Shown here: positions 27,401 through 38,380 of the stretch, piece after piece | How the letters are laid out: every line of letters starts with the position of its first letter | Numbering within the stretch: the first letter of the stretch is position 1 | Source of the DNA: Eledone cirrhosa | Lineage: Eukaryota | Direction: 5' to 3' | Length of the DNA stretch: 64,000 nt | Assembly: GCA_964016885.1 (NCBI GenBank) | Contig: OZ024743.1 | Span: 122,016,001 to 122,080,000, forward strand | Program-made: the position numbers and the translations under genes | The notes under the pieces: generated by a model | What the model was told of the DNA's origin: nothing | Databases searched by the model: none | What the model saw: only the letters and a program-made list of their open reading frames with translations

Positions 27401-29025
27401 CCTGGTGAACTTTTAACTTGACTTTTTGTTTCTATAGAATGAACATTTGATTCAGTTTTTGATTTAGGTTTGTCACTGTTTCCCATCTTTAATCTAGCAA
27501 TTTCCAACAAGAGTTCATCTCGACTCAGATTTTGATAAGATTGCATTTCAGTACCCTTTGTGTGAGACTGTACCTCAGAATGTTTTGCTTTTGAGAAATC
27601 ATTTTGTTTTGAATGTAACTGTATATGAGCTGTATGTTGAGTTAATTCAATTGGTTTAGTTATGGTGGTGGTATTGTTTTCTGAAATCAGATTACTTTGA
27701 AAACCTGGAAATGCATTATTATTGTGATTATCTAAACTAATTTGAAAACTATCTGGATCCGCACAGTCTATGTAATCCATTCCATCTTCTTCTGTGTTTT
27801 TATTATTGTTGTTTGTTAATTTCATGTTTACAACTGAAGAATCATCTTCAATTGTATCAAAAGAATAGAAACTCTCATGATCAAAACTTATATCAATTGG
27901 AACCTGTTCACTACCATCAATAATCTTTACATTAGATGCAGTATTATTAATAGAAACATAATTTTCCTGATCGTCTCTTTGTATATGTTGAGTTTCATTC
28001 TGCTTCTGAGATGACATAAGAAGATCTATTCTGTGAGACCAATCAGGTTTTGAGCTATCTTTATCATCATGTGGAATATTTAAAGATTGAAGCTGTGAAG
28101 CTGATGAATGAAAACTTGATGCTGATGTACTGATGTGCTCATTGTGATCATCTTTATCAGACGAAATTATTTGTTTTTCATCATTAGATACACTTCCAGA
28201 TAATTCTCTTTTTTTCCTCATTGCTTGCAAATTGTGGAGCCGTTCTGTAATTTGGTTGAGACGTTCAGCCGTAGCAGCTGCCTCAGTACTCATGGTTACA
28301 GGCGTCATCATTCCTGAATACTTGCGAGGAGTAATACAAGTTGAAAAGGAACGTTTTGGTGCATACGCTGTATTGTAACCAAAATCACACTCTGATGCAG
28401 TATCATCGAAAAGATTGTCATCATCTAGGCCATCTTCATTGATATGGCCATACAGTGAATAATCATGATCTCGATTTACTGATGTTGAGAGAGAATGAGT
28501 ACGTTGACGCGGTTTCCAGGAATAATCAGTTTCTTCATTCCCAAATCTGGAACTGTACATATATCTGTCATCTAAAGTTGCAGTAGAGCTAACACTACCT
28601 GTTGGGGAAAGTACCTGGGTTCTCCTAGCAGCTGATCCAATCGGTAGATTATATATATCTTTGTTTTGAAATATTGAAGTATGAGATTCAGTCTGTTCGT
28701 TTGCTGATGAAACATCACCCGCAGTTACTAGATGTCTACCTTTTCTTATATTTCTAAATTCTTCTAAATCCTGTGCAAAACGTTCTTCATAATCATCTGT
28801 AAGACCTGAACGTGCTAAACCTTTAAAGTCTCTATACCGACGTTCTCTTAATCGTTGGAGTTTTCTCAGTCGCTGTTGTCTTTCTCTCTTTTCTTCATCT
28901 TCTGGAAAATTTACTTCTTTTGGTACACATTCCTCAGTAATTGTTGTGAAAGAGAGATTTGTCTTTGAACTAGATCTCGACCAATTTGTTGAGGGCCTGT
29001 ATCTGTTTCTTCCAGAGTAACTCAT
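21466..29025 (-). CDS. Giant single-exon ORF (~2519 aa); low-complexity S/T/N/K/E-rich protein with an internal 11-aa tandem repeat domain; family not recognised
   Basis: 7.5 kb without a stop in AT-rich DNA. ATG at 29025-29023 in AAAATG context, with an in-frame TAA at 29046-29044 (the track's TTG start at 29031 is unlikely). Charged helical N-terminal segment EDEEKRERQQRLRKLQRLRERRYRDF. C-terminal basic/Pro motifs (SNSLPRKKKK, KKPEVPPK). TAG at 21468-21466. Possible internal donor CAG|GTAACC at 21702/21701. Confidence 0.88.
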   Translation of the reverse strand: MSYSGRNRYRPSTNWSRSSSKTNLSFTTITEECVPKEVNFPEDEEKRERQQRLRKLQRLRERRYRDFKGLARSGLTDDYEERFAQDLEEFRNIRKGRHLVTAGDVSSANEQTESHTSIFQNKDIYNLPIGSAARRTQVLSPTGSVSSTATLDDRYMYSSRFGNEETDYSWKPRQRTHSLSTSVNRDHDYSLYGHINEDGLDDDNLFDDTASECDFGYNTAYAPKRSFSTCITPRKYSGMMTPVTMSTEAAATAERLNQITERLHNLQAMRKKRELSGSVSNDEKQIISSDKDDHNEHISTSASSFHSSASQLQSLNIPHDDKDSSKPDWSHRIDLLMSSQKQNETQHIQRDDQENYVSINNTASNVKIIDGSEQVPIDISFDHESFYSFDTIEDDSSVVNMKLTNNNNKNTEEDGMDYIDCADPDSFQISLDNHNNNAFPGFQSNLISENNTTTITKPIELTQHTAHIQLHSKQNDFSKAKHSEVQSHTKGTEMQSYQNLSRDELLLEIARLKMGNSDKPKSKTESNVHSIETKSQVKSSPGDKANINITNVELVKDSIKRDSNNIQNQVPHSVPTSVNNDVYKSVTITVKDSKLSEKEIQSKEQPQSDYHKIDHKENFVPKEEKSQIEHSMHFKSTIIENPNLETSENTIHKITDESKLQNQYSPTVKETFEKKKNFYDEKLEIPSLKDQQNNNSSLESCPLKTSKIQTQLSWNHSETSDSKNISSDSLATNSPKCLSKYDINFDNSKNLTDTLSKETTNAMEIFSQNYVDYIIDQASKEITMNNNDPTENSLISRKDEILETKKLSVDVTLKPNNDNVTKTKSPEKCNRIAYSSTEHEVEMPRVLASSPVFVPSQDTFPNIISKTTTNDNTESPSTLKTSQMNETDAQKYLNIDSNIKESEDTTKSIEIPAEDMVIKMSKDRNISEIPTDSKNDFRYFQTNVSTMHLAKEDDNSESYVSEASKEITMDVHESFSADQQRDIKEKFQSFQDRSPKSIIMPHTTENSQIIISPSKSSEPVYTSTLSLSLPNSPSELKKDNIDAQLEAKTTNVHAELKPKGNNADTELKIKTFNVDAELKTKTSNVQVEPKTKLFNVDGEQKTNKPNVDGELKRGTSNVDAELKTKTPDVDAKLKTKLFNVDAELKRGTSNVDAELKRGTSNVDADLKTKLFNVDAELKRGTSNVDAELKTKPFNVDAELKTKPFNVDAELKTKRPNVDAELKRGTSNVDADVKTKRPDVDTELKTKPFNVDSELKTKTFNVDSEPKTKTFNVDGELKTKNVQVEPKTKPFNVDGELKTKNVQVEPKTKPFNVDAELKTKRPNVDAELKRGTSNVDAEVKTKRPDVDTELKTKTFNVDSELKTKNVQVEPKTKTFNVDGELKTKNVQVEPKTKPFNVDAELKTKNVQVEPKTKPFNVDAELKTKNVQVEPKTKPFNVDAELKTKISNVQVEPKTKLFNSDAELKTNRPNFNAELKTKPSNFDAELKTKTFNGDAELKAKTFNVQVEPKTKTFNVDAELKTKSSNVDAELKTKPSNVDADLKTKPFNVDAELKTKPFNVDADLKTKTFNVDAELKTKPFNVDADLKKETLNAVAELKTKPFNVQVEPKTKTFIVDAELKTKRPNVDGELKRGTSNLEDQADETQMSLNGISSSSKSTSIYLEPNKNYLSTPTYTQNQLNLDLDRKSNVMMSDYSTTLEQSTKVEAPKVNTENYLTASMPESSFTQVVKTNANDSSTNQNEMHEKSIGYTVDLDVLHSKTKDEFNASEQPVQFGNKTIEPLNVSHQTTFKREDLDNETPTKQVNLKVYNEKYQDGPNWDFEQSSMIPTTLPFNSNNSPGSTESTFKTCQQENVSIELTPESKGAFSNYLLSSHQTTISQPSLTQNSVSLPSKIDSRETTNYAHSNFYDDKDNSSILLKKDAASIDLKDSSVLKSLKSDLGVDVNENDSQIQNIRNITSKNILLQDSPKETTTSKQNTSINIRKQLFGEEINTYDSSYIKPQKFALKLVAPDSGTLIKTKFETEGERIQSIRPRSTEMKDYVARQFSDNSEYLKSDTNSRDLPDSSFHIISDSQVVTSPKSVEVERPASQSDAQYLVTTSPDSLSTIQYKANSNVENVDHHTSLGSVVLSPRDRIPEHQLLSNSKKSEIGVELSKETVFPSEANNASFISSSSEPEYVNQNRTPSESDIKYLQDSPHLIFNKQPTPQDTTNNNENTDVSLTFPKTQNMEPSSPNIQKLESSIEATPFASNKGSHETKAPEYNLQKSNVDENNLAQNEQWAFEETTPNLNKSNSLPRKKKKFSKPPDSPTSPEPTIISAEEVQNINKKNPQKKWKSVEVLGKGNKKKPEVPPKNSSAGLVKSTSMKFLSKFQSKSKKSKNPEEYFQDEYKGKSSPDLFNTALKKGQSDYSVMNPEQNEFLDSDPEQRTRHYKTLPHKKKENYENAPGNLDQSSTLLPNETNAFDSIGLLKNNIFIQKDMLNRHSKSLKDLSSVPESQKSQPRVFKGEKVLSTQKRLLGLSREEL
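24130..25908 (-). repeat. Coding minisatellite: ~55 units, mostly 33 bp (NVDAELKTKPF-type) plus six 27-bp units
   Basis: Read directly from the translation: 593 aa = 49x11 + 6x9. Variants end in PF/TF/LF/RP or RGTS, or start NVQVEP. A 60-bp higher-order unit is repeated ~4x at ~24700-24970. Confidence 0.95.
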
Positions 29026-32000
29026 TTTCAATTTTTTTTTTTTTTAATGATAACAGGCACTTAGAATATCTTTTCAATAAAATGTCACAACAGTTGAGAA
29101 AATATTTAAAATCATTGTACTCGGAAGAAAATTATTACAAAGTTAAATAATACCCATCACTTAACGGCAATTATTTAAAAAAATGATGGTGCTTGAATAA
29201 TTGCTAAATTATAAAGGTTAAGAACATACCTTCAATGGAAATTACTTGGAACAGAAGAAAGTAGTTTAAAAAATGTTATTTACTTCGTTTTGTTTTGAAG
29301 TTTAAAATAACCAGTTTTCCTTTATGTTACATATAATTTTTATAATGTAAATATGTCCCTGAATATATGTTAAGTTTTTGGTAATCAATCATCAAATGAA
29401 GTTATATTTTTCTTTTCAGCTTATTTTGTTAATTGCAAACTCACATTCTTCTGTTTTCCTGTGTCCTTTTCAAGCGAAGCCTACTATATCAAGCCAGTTC
29501 TTGATGACATGTACGCTGTCATAAGCACATCATTATGCAGAAGGCAGAACACAAGCTACTAATGCTAAAAGTAATGTTCTCAGGTAGTAACTCTGCCTGT
29601 AGCCAATAGGAATACTACTGTGTCAGCCAGCCTACACATATTCACAGCAGAGAAGTTTTATAATAGGCCAACATAAAAGTCTGAGGTAGTATTGTAACAA
29701 TGACTAGTGGTTGAGATATAAAGTAAATGTTAAAAAAAATATATTTCAGAGTAGGAGGGACAGCTAACAATTCAACAAGTAGTTTTTCTACTCAGGTCGA
29801 ACATGCATTGACTATTTCTTTATAGATTTATTCAGTTGTTAGCTGCTGGCTGTAGAAACAGTTATTTTAATTTTGCTCAAGCTACGTTCTCTTTGCAATC
29901 CTGGGTTTCCTTATAATTATTTAGTCAATGTTGCTAAATAAACACCAACCTTTGGAGGAGGGGTGAGGAGAAATTAAGTATAGGAAACAAGTAGCTTAGA
30001 GACCACATTTAATTCAGATATATTTCTACACTGATATTCAGTTCAATAAAGGTAGTATTTATGTTGCTGCTGGTTAGACCTAGTTTAATTCTGACTGAGC
30101 ACAACTATAACATAGGCATGCCCAGACTCAGCATATAGACTAGTTTTCTTACTATCTTCTAGTGTATTGTTAATAACTTATCTTATTGATTATGACAGAC
30201 TAAGATGCAAACTGAGAAAGGAAGCTATGAAGCAGCTCATTAATCATACATTTTATATCAGAACTTGATCACAGAGTTATTACTGAGTCATTAAATCCAG
30301 TTTGTTATGTTTGGATGAAGACATACACAAACCTTATAGATCTAAACTATATTTTTACTGAATGTGACTGAAGGAAAAAGTTGATTGATACATTATTAGA
30401 TAGATTATTTTATAAGAAAGGCTCTCAATTGATTAATGTTCATTATTGTTTTATAGAAAACTCCCCCAATTATATTTTATTGAATTGTTGATTTAGCAAG
30501 CCTATGATCAAAGGTATCTCAATCATAACTTTCCTGTATTTTTTTCAAGCAAGCTTTGTCTAGGATTACATTATTCAACAAACACTCCTTTTTTAAGATA
30601 ATAAGGTGTGATATGAGAGCAATTTGGTTTATTGTTAAGGCGCCACATAAGTGTTCTCCACCCTATTGCTTTTCATTCATAAAATAAAAGTATAAATTTA
30701 TATTTCTATATATATAGAAATAAACTCATTCAGTTATCTTCTAGTTTATGTTGAAAAATAAACAAAATAAAATTAAGTTGACTATAGAGTTTAATATTTT
30801 TAAGTTATCCACAATATGTATGTATATATATGTGTGTGTGTGTGTATGTGTGTGTATCCACAAACTTTTATATTTTTTAGCATTTTATTTTATAACACAA
30901 TTCCAAATAGAAGAAATACATTTTAACTTTCTCAAAACCTTTACAACAGCGAATGATTTAAGTACATTTTCTGTAGTGCTTCTTTCTACAGTATTATTTA
31001 ACTCCTTAGTTCTTATGTAAACTAATTCATGTTTCCAGAAATATGTAAAGGAATATATAATGGCCTCCTCAACACACAAAGTATAAACAGGTTACATGTA
31101 TTGCTTTATAATTTTATTACTAAATTAACAGTTCTGTTTGACTGAAGTCAATGAGATATATTATTATTAAAAACCATGTCTAGTTAGTTTTTAATGAAAA
31201 AGTTGGTGTACACTAACCTAAGTGTGAATGTTACCAGCATTAAAGATTTACACAAGTTAAACTTCAGTCTGTCTTTCTGCATGCAGATAGACAATAGTTT
31301 CAAGTGACTGAGAATTAATTTATCAATATTCAATATTCCAATATCTTATAAGTTTGTTTTTCAATAAACACAATATGATAATGTGACTGAACTCTTCAGC
31401 TCCTTACAGATATTGACACCACCATCCTACCAGTCCTAAGGGGCTTTTGGGCTTAAGCCCCTCCAATAATATCGAAGTTTGTTGAATGATCTTGAAGTTT
31501 TGTTAGTTAATAAATTATGTATTACAGTTCAAATAAGTAACAAGTATAAAGAAATACAATAGAAAGCAAGCTATTGCTAGTCACGTATTGGTGATAAAAA
31601 AGCGTGAGCTAATAATAATAATACACATGTACAGTATATATATATATTTAAGACCTTCCAATCCCAAAACTGTAATGGAAGCTCTGCACCAACACTATTC
31701 CATAGGTTTTGCTATGGAATAGTATCAGTGTTAATGTCTGTAATGTAATAGGTATGCTATTATTAGTGTGGTGTTGAACGCCTTTTACATACTGATTAAA
31801 ACTATTTAAGATGGCTACCAGATCAATGTCTGAGCTTCACTATTCAGTTGAATAAAACTTCTGAACAGAAAGTATCACATGCGATCATGTTTTCACATGG
31901 ATAAATGCAGTATGACACAACAGTAGTATTATCAATTAATAACAATGAACCTCCATTCAGTGACACAGGTATAACAGAGGCTTGGCTGCAATACTTTGCT

Positions 32001-32162
32001 GCTCCATCATGAATGAAGGAGCTTCTGAACACTAATAATAAAAACATAAATAAGAGATATGGTTTATTAAAAACAGTTATGAGAGTCATATGAAAAGTTT
32101 CCAAGTGAAGTTTCCAAGTGAAGTTTCCAAGGAGTTTAACAGTGTAAGAGCAGTATAATAAT

Positions 32163-32350
32163 TGTTTCTACTTTTGGCACAAGGCCAGCAATTATCCCAG
32201 TGCATTACTGGTGCTTTATTTTATTGACCCTGTAAGGATGAAAGGCAAAGTTAACCTTGGTGGGGTTTGAATTCAGAATGCAAAGGGCCATAACTCTATG
32301 CTGCAAAGCATGGTGTTCGACGCTCTACCGATACTGCCAATCCACTACCC
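32163..32350 (-). mobile_element. Meta-domain-like tRNA SINE with 18-bp TSD
   Basis: Core ttgcctttcatcctt...ggtc(g)ataaaataaag(t)accag. TSD taagagcagtataataat at 32145-32162 and 32351-32368. Confidence 0.85.
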
Positions 32351-33369
32351 TAAGAGCAGTATAATAATGTCATCAGTTTGTCTTCAAAAGAAATTGATAA
32401 TAGCAGAAAGTATCAGGCTTTTATCACATCAAAATCTGACTGAATCAAGTCAAAATTATCCTTAGAGATTATATGAGTCAGTTCGTTTTTGTGTATTACA
32501 AAAAAAATGTTAACTAAAGAACAGTGTGTAGAAGATGATATTAAAATGAGACTCATAAATAGCTTACACTCATCTGAGCATTGTGTAAAAAGCATTAAAA
32601 TATCTTCAGTGTGGTAATCTGAGGTTTCATGTAAGCACTGAATTCAACAACTTGAAATGATTTCTAAATTTCAATGTGAACAAATAGAAAGTAAGAGTGA
32701 TCCTGAGGAGATCACTGTGTCACATGTGTTGATAGAAACAAATATAAATCTAGTTCTAAATGTTTGTTTTTTGTGGATATAAGCTTGTGCCATCAAATGT
32801 CTTGCATCTGAGGTTTACATTTTTCTGAAAAGAAATATCAAGCAATTTCATTTTGAGACATTAAACTGTTAATTATAACAAAGCCAAGGAAAGATACTAG
32901 TGAAGGTCTTTTAGAAAAGGTTCCTTCTGGTTGGAGTAAATGGGCCTTTCCTTCAGAGGTTGTGCAAAAAGCAAATAAAGATCTCAGAATATGGGAAGAC
33001 CATAAAATAAATATATATAAAGGAATTTTATTAGATTCTTATCCAACTCCAAATAACTTAAACGAATTTAAAGAATAGATACCTATGTATATGGATCACA
33101 CTTATGTCTCCATATCACCCAGAATCAAATAGAATTACTGAAAGAGTGGATGATCACATGTTAAAATGAATTTTATAAGCATATTTTGTAAGTATAGGTT
33201 CTATTCATGTACATGTGTTTGAGTTACCTGAGTTCATCTGCAGAAAAAGATGATCACCAGTTATAATGTCCTATGAAAACTGCAGCTCCAGTTTGATATC
33301 AGTGCAGAAGAAATGACAAACTACAAGCTAGATTTATATTTTAAGCAGAAATTACCACAGCTGTGGTTC

Positions 33370-33602
33370 TTAAACCTTTCATTACCATATTACTTTAAAA
33401 CTCTCCCCCAAAAAACCCACTGCCTATAATTTTCAGTTGATTTTGAAAATAATTAAGAATTTGGAATTATTTAGCCAAATAACATACTTTCTCATTAAAA
33501 TGATGATAAAAGGTTCTTAGATAAATCTAAACACCTTAAATAAACAGTTTTGTATTACAAAACTAGGGGCAGTTTCAGGCAGTTTGGTAACAATAGGGTT
33601 AA
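33370..33602. mobile_element. Second piggyBac-like MITE family copy
   Basis: ttaaacctttcattacc...ggtaacaatagggttaa. Confidence 0.6.
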
Positions 33603-33743
33603 GGGTATTCAAGCTGATGCAGATCAAATAAGCAATTAAACAAATATTGATCATGAAGAAACTCCCAAATCAGTCCTTCATGCATTGAACAATATTCCAG
33701 ACTATAAATAATGATTATGATTTGACCACTGACACAGGAACAA

Positions 33744-33947
33744 ACAGGTTTCTGATTTAGGCACAATGCCAACAATTTTTGGAGAAGGAAAGTCGATTAA
33801 ATTGAGCCCAGTGGGTTACTGGTACTTTATTTTATCAACCCGTAAAGATGAATGGCAAAGCTAACTTTGGAGATTTGAACTCAGAACGTAAAGGGCCATA
33901 ACTCTATGTCGTTGTCCAACACTCTACTGATGCTGCCAATCCACTGG
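33744..33947 (-). mobile_element. Meta-domain-like SINE (older copy) with TSD cacaggaacaa
   Basis: Same core. Direct repeats at 33733-33743 and 33948-33958. Confidence 0.75.
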
Positions 33948-33996
33948 CACAGGAACAAGCATGGCAAATAGTTATTATACACAGCTCTCAAATAAT

Positions 33997-34177
33997 TGTT
34001 TCTACTTTTGGCACAAGGCCAGCAATTACCCAGTGTATTACTGGTACTTTATTTTATCGACCCCATAAGGATGAAAGGCAAAGTTAACCTCGGCGGGATT
34101 TGAACTCAGAATGGCAAGAGCCGTAACTCTATGCGTCAAAGCATGGCGTCCGACCCTCTACCGATACTGCCAATCCA
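33997..34177 (-). mobile_element. Meta-domain-like SINE with TSD ctcaaataat
   Basis: Same core. Direct repeats at 33987-33996 and 34178-34187. Confidence 0.85.
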
Positions 34178-35751
34178 CTCAAATAATGGCTTCTGACAAG
34201 AAGTTGGAGTGTAGTGGTGAGTGAGTCACTGCACATCAGTCATTTTGGATGTAATATATGATTATTTTGTGGGTAACAATAGGGCTATTCTGATATTTGA
34301 GCAGTTATAACATTATATGTCTCATCTGAGCTTTGTAGAGAATCTGTAGGTATTTTTTACTCTGTAAAAAAGCAATTCTTTGGAATGCAGTTATGAATGT
34401 GAGATTGCCAGAATATAACAGATATATCAGTGATTGTGAGGCCTACATTGAGGGTTTGAACTGCATGTTGCCCCAAACACTAGAGGGTAATGTAGAAGAT
34501 TGTTTGCTTGATATGTGCAATAATTATGTCTTTATGCTGTTTAAGGAAACAAGATTATAATTTCCTCACTGGAGAATGTTTTTGAGGTCTGTGTTTATGT
34601 AGACAATGCAGATTTGAGGTGAGTTGTTTAGGTTGTATGAAGATATCTGTGTGAAGGGGGTCAAAGATGAGGACAGTGGTAAAATCTGCATAGGAAGGAG
34701 TATTGTTAGAGGTATAAGGGAATAGCTATTTAATGTACAAGTAGTTATACAGGAGGAAGAATGTGGGTCTCATAACTGGGACTTGGGGCATACTAGTGTT
34801 GAGCATGAATTGGTGATATAGAAGGTGATAATGCAATCTTTCAGGAAGATTCTGTTTCAAGAGAAAAGAGTTGAATAAAACCAATATGTGGGTAATTTAA
34901 AAAAGAGATTTTCGTGCTAGACACAGTCAAATGCTTTGCTAATGTCAAGTAGCTATAAACAGGGCTGAGTGGTTAAAAAGTTTGCTTCTCAACCAGGTGG
35001 TTGTGGGTTTAATACAATTTTCAAAAGTTTTTATCATAGTCTTGGACCTACCACTGCTTTGTGAGTGAAATTTTGTAGACGAAAACTTTGTGGAAGCCTG
35101 TTGTATAAATATGTATGTATGCATGTATATATTTGAATGAGCTAAATGAAATTGCTCAATTGTCCAACAGTGTAAGTTTAGTTAAATTCAGACAGGTAGT
35201 GAATGACATATTCAAAATATTCTAAATGAATTGACATTTGTTTTTTAAGAAAGAAAACAAAACCCAAGAAGCTACTGTTTGCAACTCAAAGAAAGGGGAG
35301 ATAATTTCAAGAAATTAAGAAGTAATTTAGTAGAAAACTGTGGTTTCTCATCACCCCAAGCGGATAAATCTTTCACTTAGAAGAACAAATAACAGGATCT
35401 TTAGTTACCTGGCAAGGTAGCAACGTTTTTGTCTAATTACACTTAATCAGCAAAATCTAGTTTTTTCAAGAAACCTTTGATAGGTGGACATAAATCTTTA
35501 CAAGTAGAAAAGGCATTAGAAAGAACTTTGGCCAGAATAATTTACCTAATTACAAAAAGTGAGATAATTGAGATAAGACAAGTGAGCTAATAGCATGAAT
35601 TTAGATAAATTAGATGTTGATGGTAAACAAAAGTAAAACTGTAGAAGTTAAATTGAAATTTCAATAATTTGATTAAATAATCAAATTTATACATTTAGGG
35701 GGAATTTAAATAGTTTAGTGCCTATTCATTTAGGAGTAGATGCTCTAACAT

Positions 35752-35972
35752 TGGTGGATTGGCAGTATCGATAGAACGTCGGACAACATGCTTTGAAGAA
35801 TAGCGTTTCGGCCCTTTACGTTCTGAGTTCAAATCCTGCCAAGGTTAGCTTTGCCTTTCATTCTTTCAAGGTCAATAAAATAAAGCACCAGTAATGCACT
35901 GGGGTCGATTTAATCGACTTTCCCCTCCCCCAAAATATTGTTGGCCTTGTGCCTAAAGTAGAAACAATTATT
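35752..35972 (+). mobile_element. Meta-domain-like SINE (long-tail form)
   Basis: ggtggattggcagtatcg...gagttcaaatcc...ttgcctttcatt...ggccttgtgcctaaagtagaaacaattatta. Confidence 0.85.
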
Positions 35973-36639
35973 ACCTCTGGCAACACAATTTGTTTTACCA
36001 ATGTATTTGCATAGTAAACAAAAATAAAAATGCTAATTATACAAAAAAGAAATTAGCAAGAAAATTTCTAAAGCATTACTATTACAAATAGAGAAAACGT
36101 CAAAATTATATAGAAGTGGGAAAAAAATAGTAATGAAGACTTCATCTTCATGTAGTAGATACTACCATAGACACCACCCTTTCCAAGCTGAATTGATGTG
36201 AGGATTTGATAGTGGGGCATTTTGGCCATATATATAGCCAGGGTTGTTTGTATTCAGTATTTGAAGACCTATCCAACCCTTGATAGGAAGGAAAACAGAT
36301 GTTAAATGATGATGATGATGATAATGTGGTGCTACAATAAATTGCTGATGTCATGATAAAATGCACCTATCCATGCTGTAGATTAGTAGTATTTGTGTCA
36401 TGATAAAATGCATTCAGTCCATACTGTAAAGTGGTAGTGCAGGTGTCGCAATAAACTGCACCCGGTACATGGTGTAAAGAGGTTGGCATTATGAAATGCA
36501 CCCAGTTATAGAAACCCTGCCAAAACGAAGCATATCAGTAAAATGTGGCTATCTGACTTGTCTAGTCAAAGAACATGGCAACATGTGTAACTCATGCTAG
36601 CATTGAGTAGAGACTTAAAATAGTGATGGTGATGATAAT

Positions 36640-36818
36640 TTTTTCTACTTTAGGCAGAAGGCCAGCAATTACCCAGTACATTACTGGTACTTTATTTTAT
36701 CGACCCCGTAAGGATGAAAGGCAAAGTTAACCTCGGCGGGATTTGAACTCAGACTGTAAAGGGACGTAACTATACTAGAAAGCAAGGCGTCCAACCCTCT
36801 ACCGATACTGCCAATTCA
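36640..36818 (-). mobile_element. Meta-domain-like SINE with TSD ggtgatgataat
   Basis: Same core. Direct repeats at 36628-36639 and 36819-36830. Confidence 0.85.
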
Positions 36819-37299
36819 GGTGATGATAATGATGACTGAAAGCTAATAAAATATTCATAGATTATACAATGCCTCTGCAATCAAAAGCTCAGAAATGCAT
36901 GTCAACTTAACACCTATTTTCAGTTAGCTTGGCTAACTGAAAGTAGTATTGGCAGGATATGAACTAGCCATCTTTCAGTTTGAAAGCCAACACACTAACA
37001 ACTGGCCTAATTAAAACTCTCCTAACAAATTTACAAATAAAATTATACACAAATTACTTACAGGATGAGAATTAGTTGTACATATTCTTTAAAATCAGGG
37101 AGGTAACTTTGACAAAGTATTATAATATGAGATAATCGTTCTCATCCTCTTTTCCTGTTGAAGCATGTAGTTTAATCTTACTCAAGAACATATCAGGATG
37201 CATAAATTGAAATACAAAATCACCCCTCCCATATAGCTATTATATTAGTTATTTTATCAATATATTTTTTTTAGTAATTGGTGAGTTTGATGTAGTTCA

Positions 37300-38380
37300 T
37301 GGTCAGTTTGAACTTCTGAAGGTTGATGCCTGTAGAAAGAACAAATTTGGAAAGCTATTTCAAAGAGAAGCAGAAGCAAAACAGTGCATTTGTAAGCCTG
37401 TGGTTGTATTATGTTGTTAAGTTTTTGCCAATCTGCAGAGTGGCCATCTTTTTGAATTTGGTGCAGGGTGTTCGTTTGAATAACAACAGCACTGTTCCAA
37501 ATTTATGAGTAGTTCTACAATATATGCTATGACAAGATTTGTAGAGAATCAACAAATAATCAAAACTAAAGTAATTTCTGGTTTTAATGAGAAGAATGTT
37601 ATATATGTGAGATAGCTATCAGAAATTATCATAGATTGTGAAGTCTAGCATATTTAGTGAAACTTAGGATATTAGGTATGTTGATCATGTCTAGAAGTGT
37701 ATAATGAAATAATGTTTCTTTTATATGTGGAAACTAGATTGTTAAGTCTAGAGTGTTAAGAAAATATATTTTCCAAAGTTTCTGTTCATGGAAGTAGTGC
37801 AAATTTACAGGAATATAGCATGTGTGGTTAGAAGTAACAGAAAGTAGGCTAATGTACAGTTAGTATGGTGTTGATAACCAAACCTTGGGGTACATCAAAG
37901 TTGATAGAATGCAGGTTGGAGAGAGACTTTCAATTCATGCTGCAATGGAGAGGGATAAAAATAAACTTCCAATCGAAGGGATAAGAGAGTCCAGAAGCAG
38001 GCAACTCATCTAAAAGGTTCTTATGCCAGATATAGTCAAAAGCCTTTTCTGATGTCAAGAATGATAAAACATTACTTTCATAGAAGTTCTTGAGAGAAAA
38101 TGTGTGATATAGGCAAACAAGTCTCATGTTATGTAGTTCTGGTCATTCAGAAACCATTCTGGTGATCTCTGAGAAGAGAAATGTTGGGTTTGAGGACACC
38201 AACGCATGCAGATAGTTTAAAATAGTAAATGATTTAGTCTGTTGTATAGCACAGGTGATGAGAGGAGTGCAAGAATTAATAAAAGATAGGTATCCAACAT
38301 TTATCCACCTTCTATGCTCCCATAGCATAATCAATGAAACCCACCTCACATCTCCGTACAACACATTAACCCTGCTCTCT
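37300..38380 (-). pseudogene. Highly degenerate CR1/L2-like RT fragment
   Basis: EKAFDYIWHKNLLDEL and FDVPQG motifs. A similar relic (LDISKAFD) lies at ~34200-34950. Confidence 0.5.

Noticed and set aside
35409-35432. 24-nt candidate micro-exon (DKNVATLP)
   Set aside because: Good donor but poor polypyrimidine tract, and upstream of the giant ORF's own start; not supportable.
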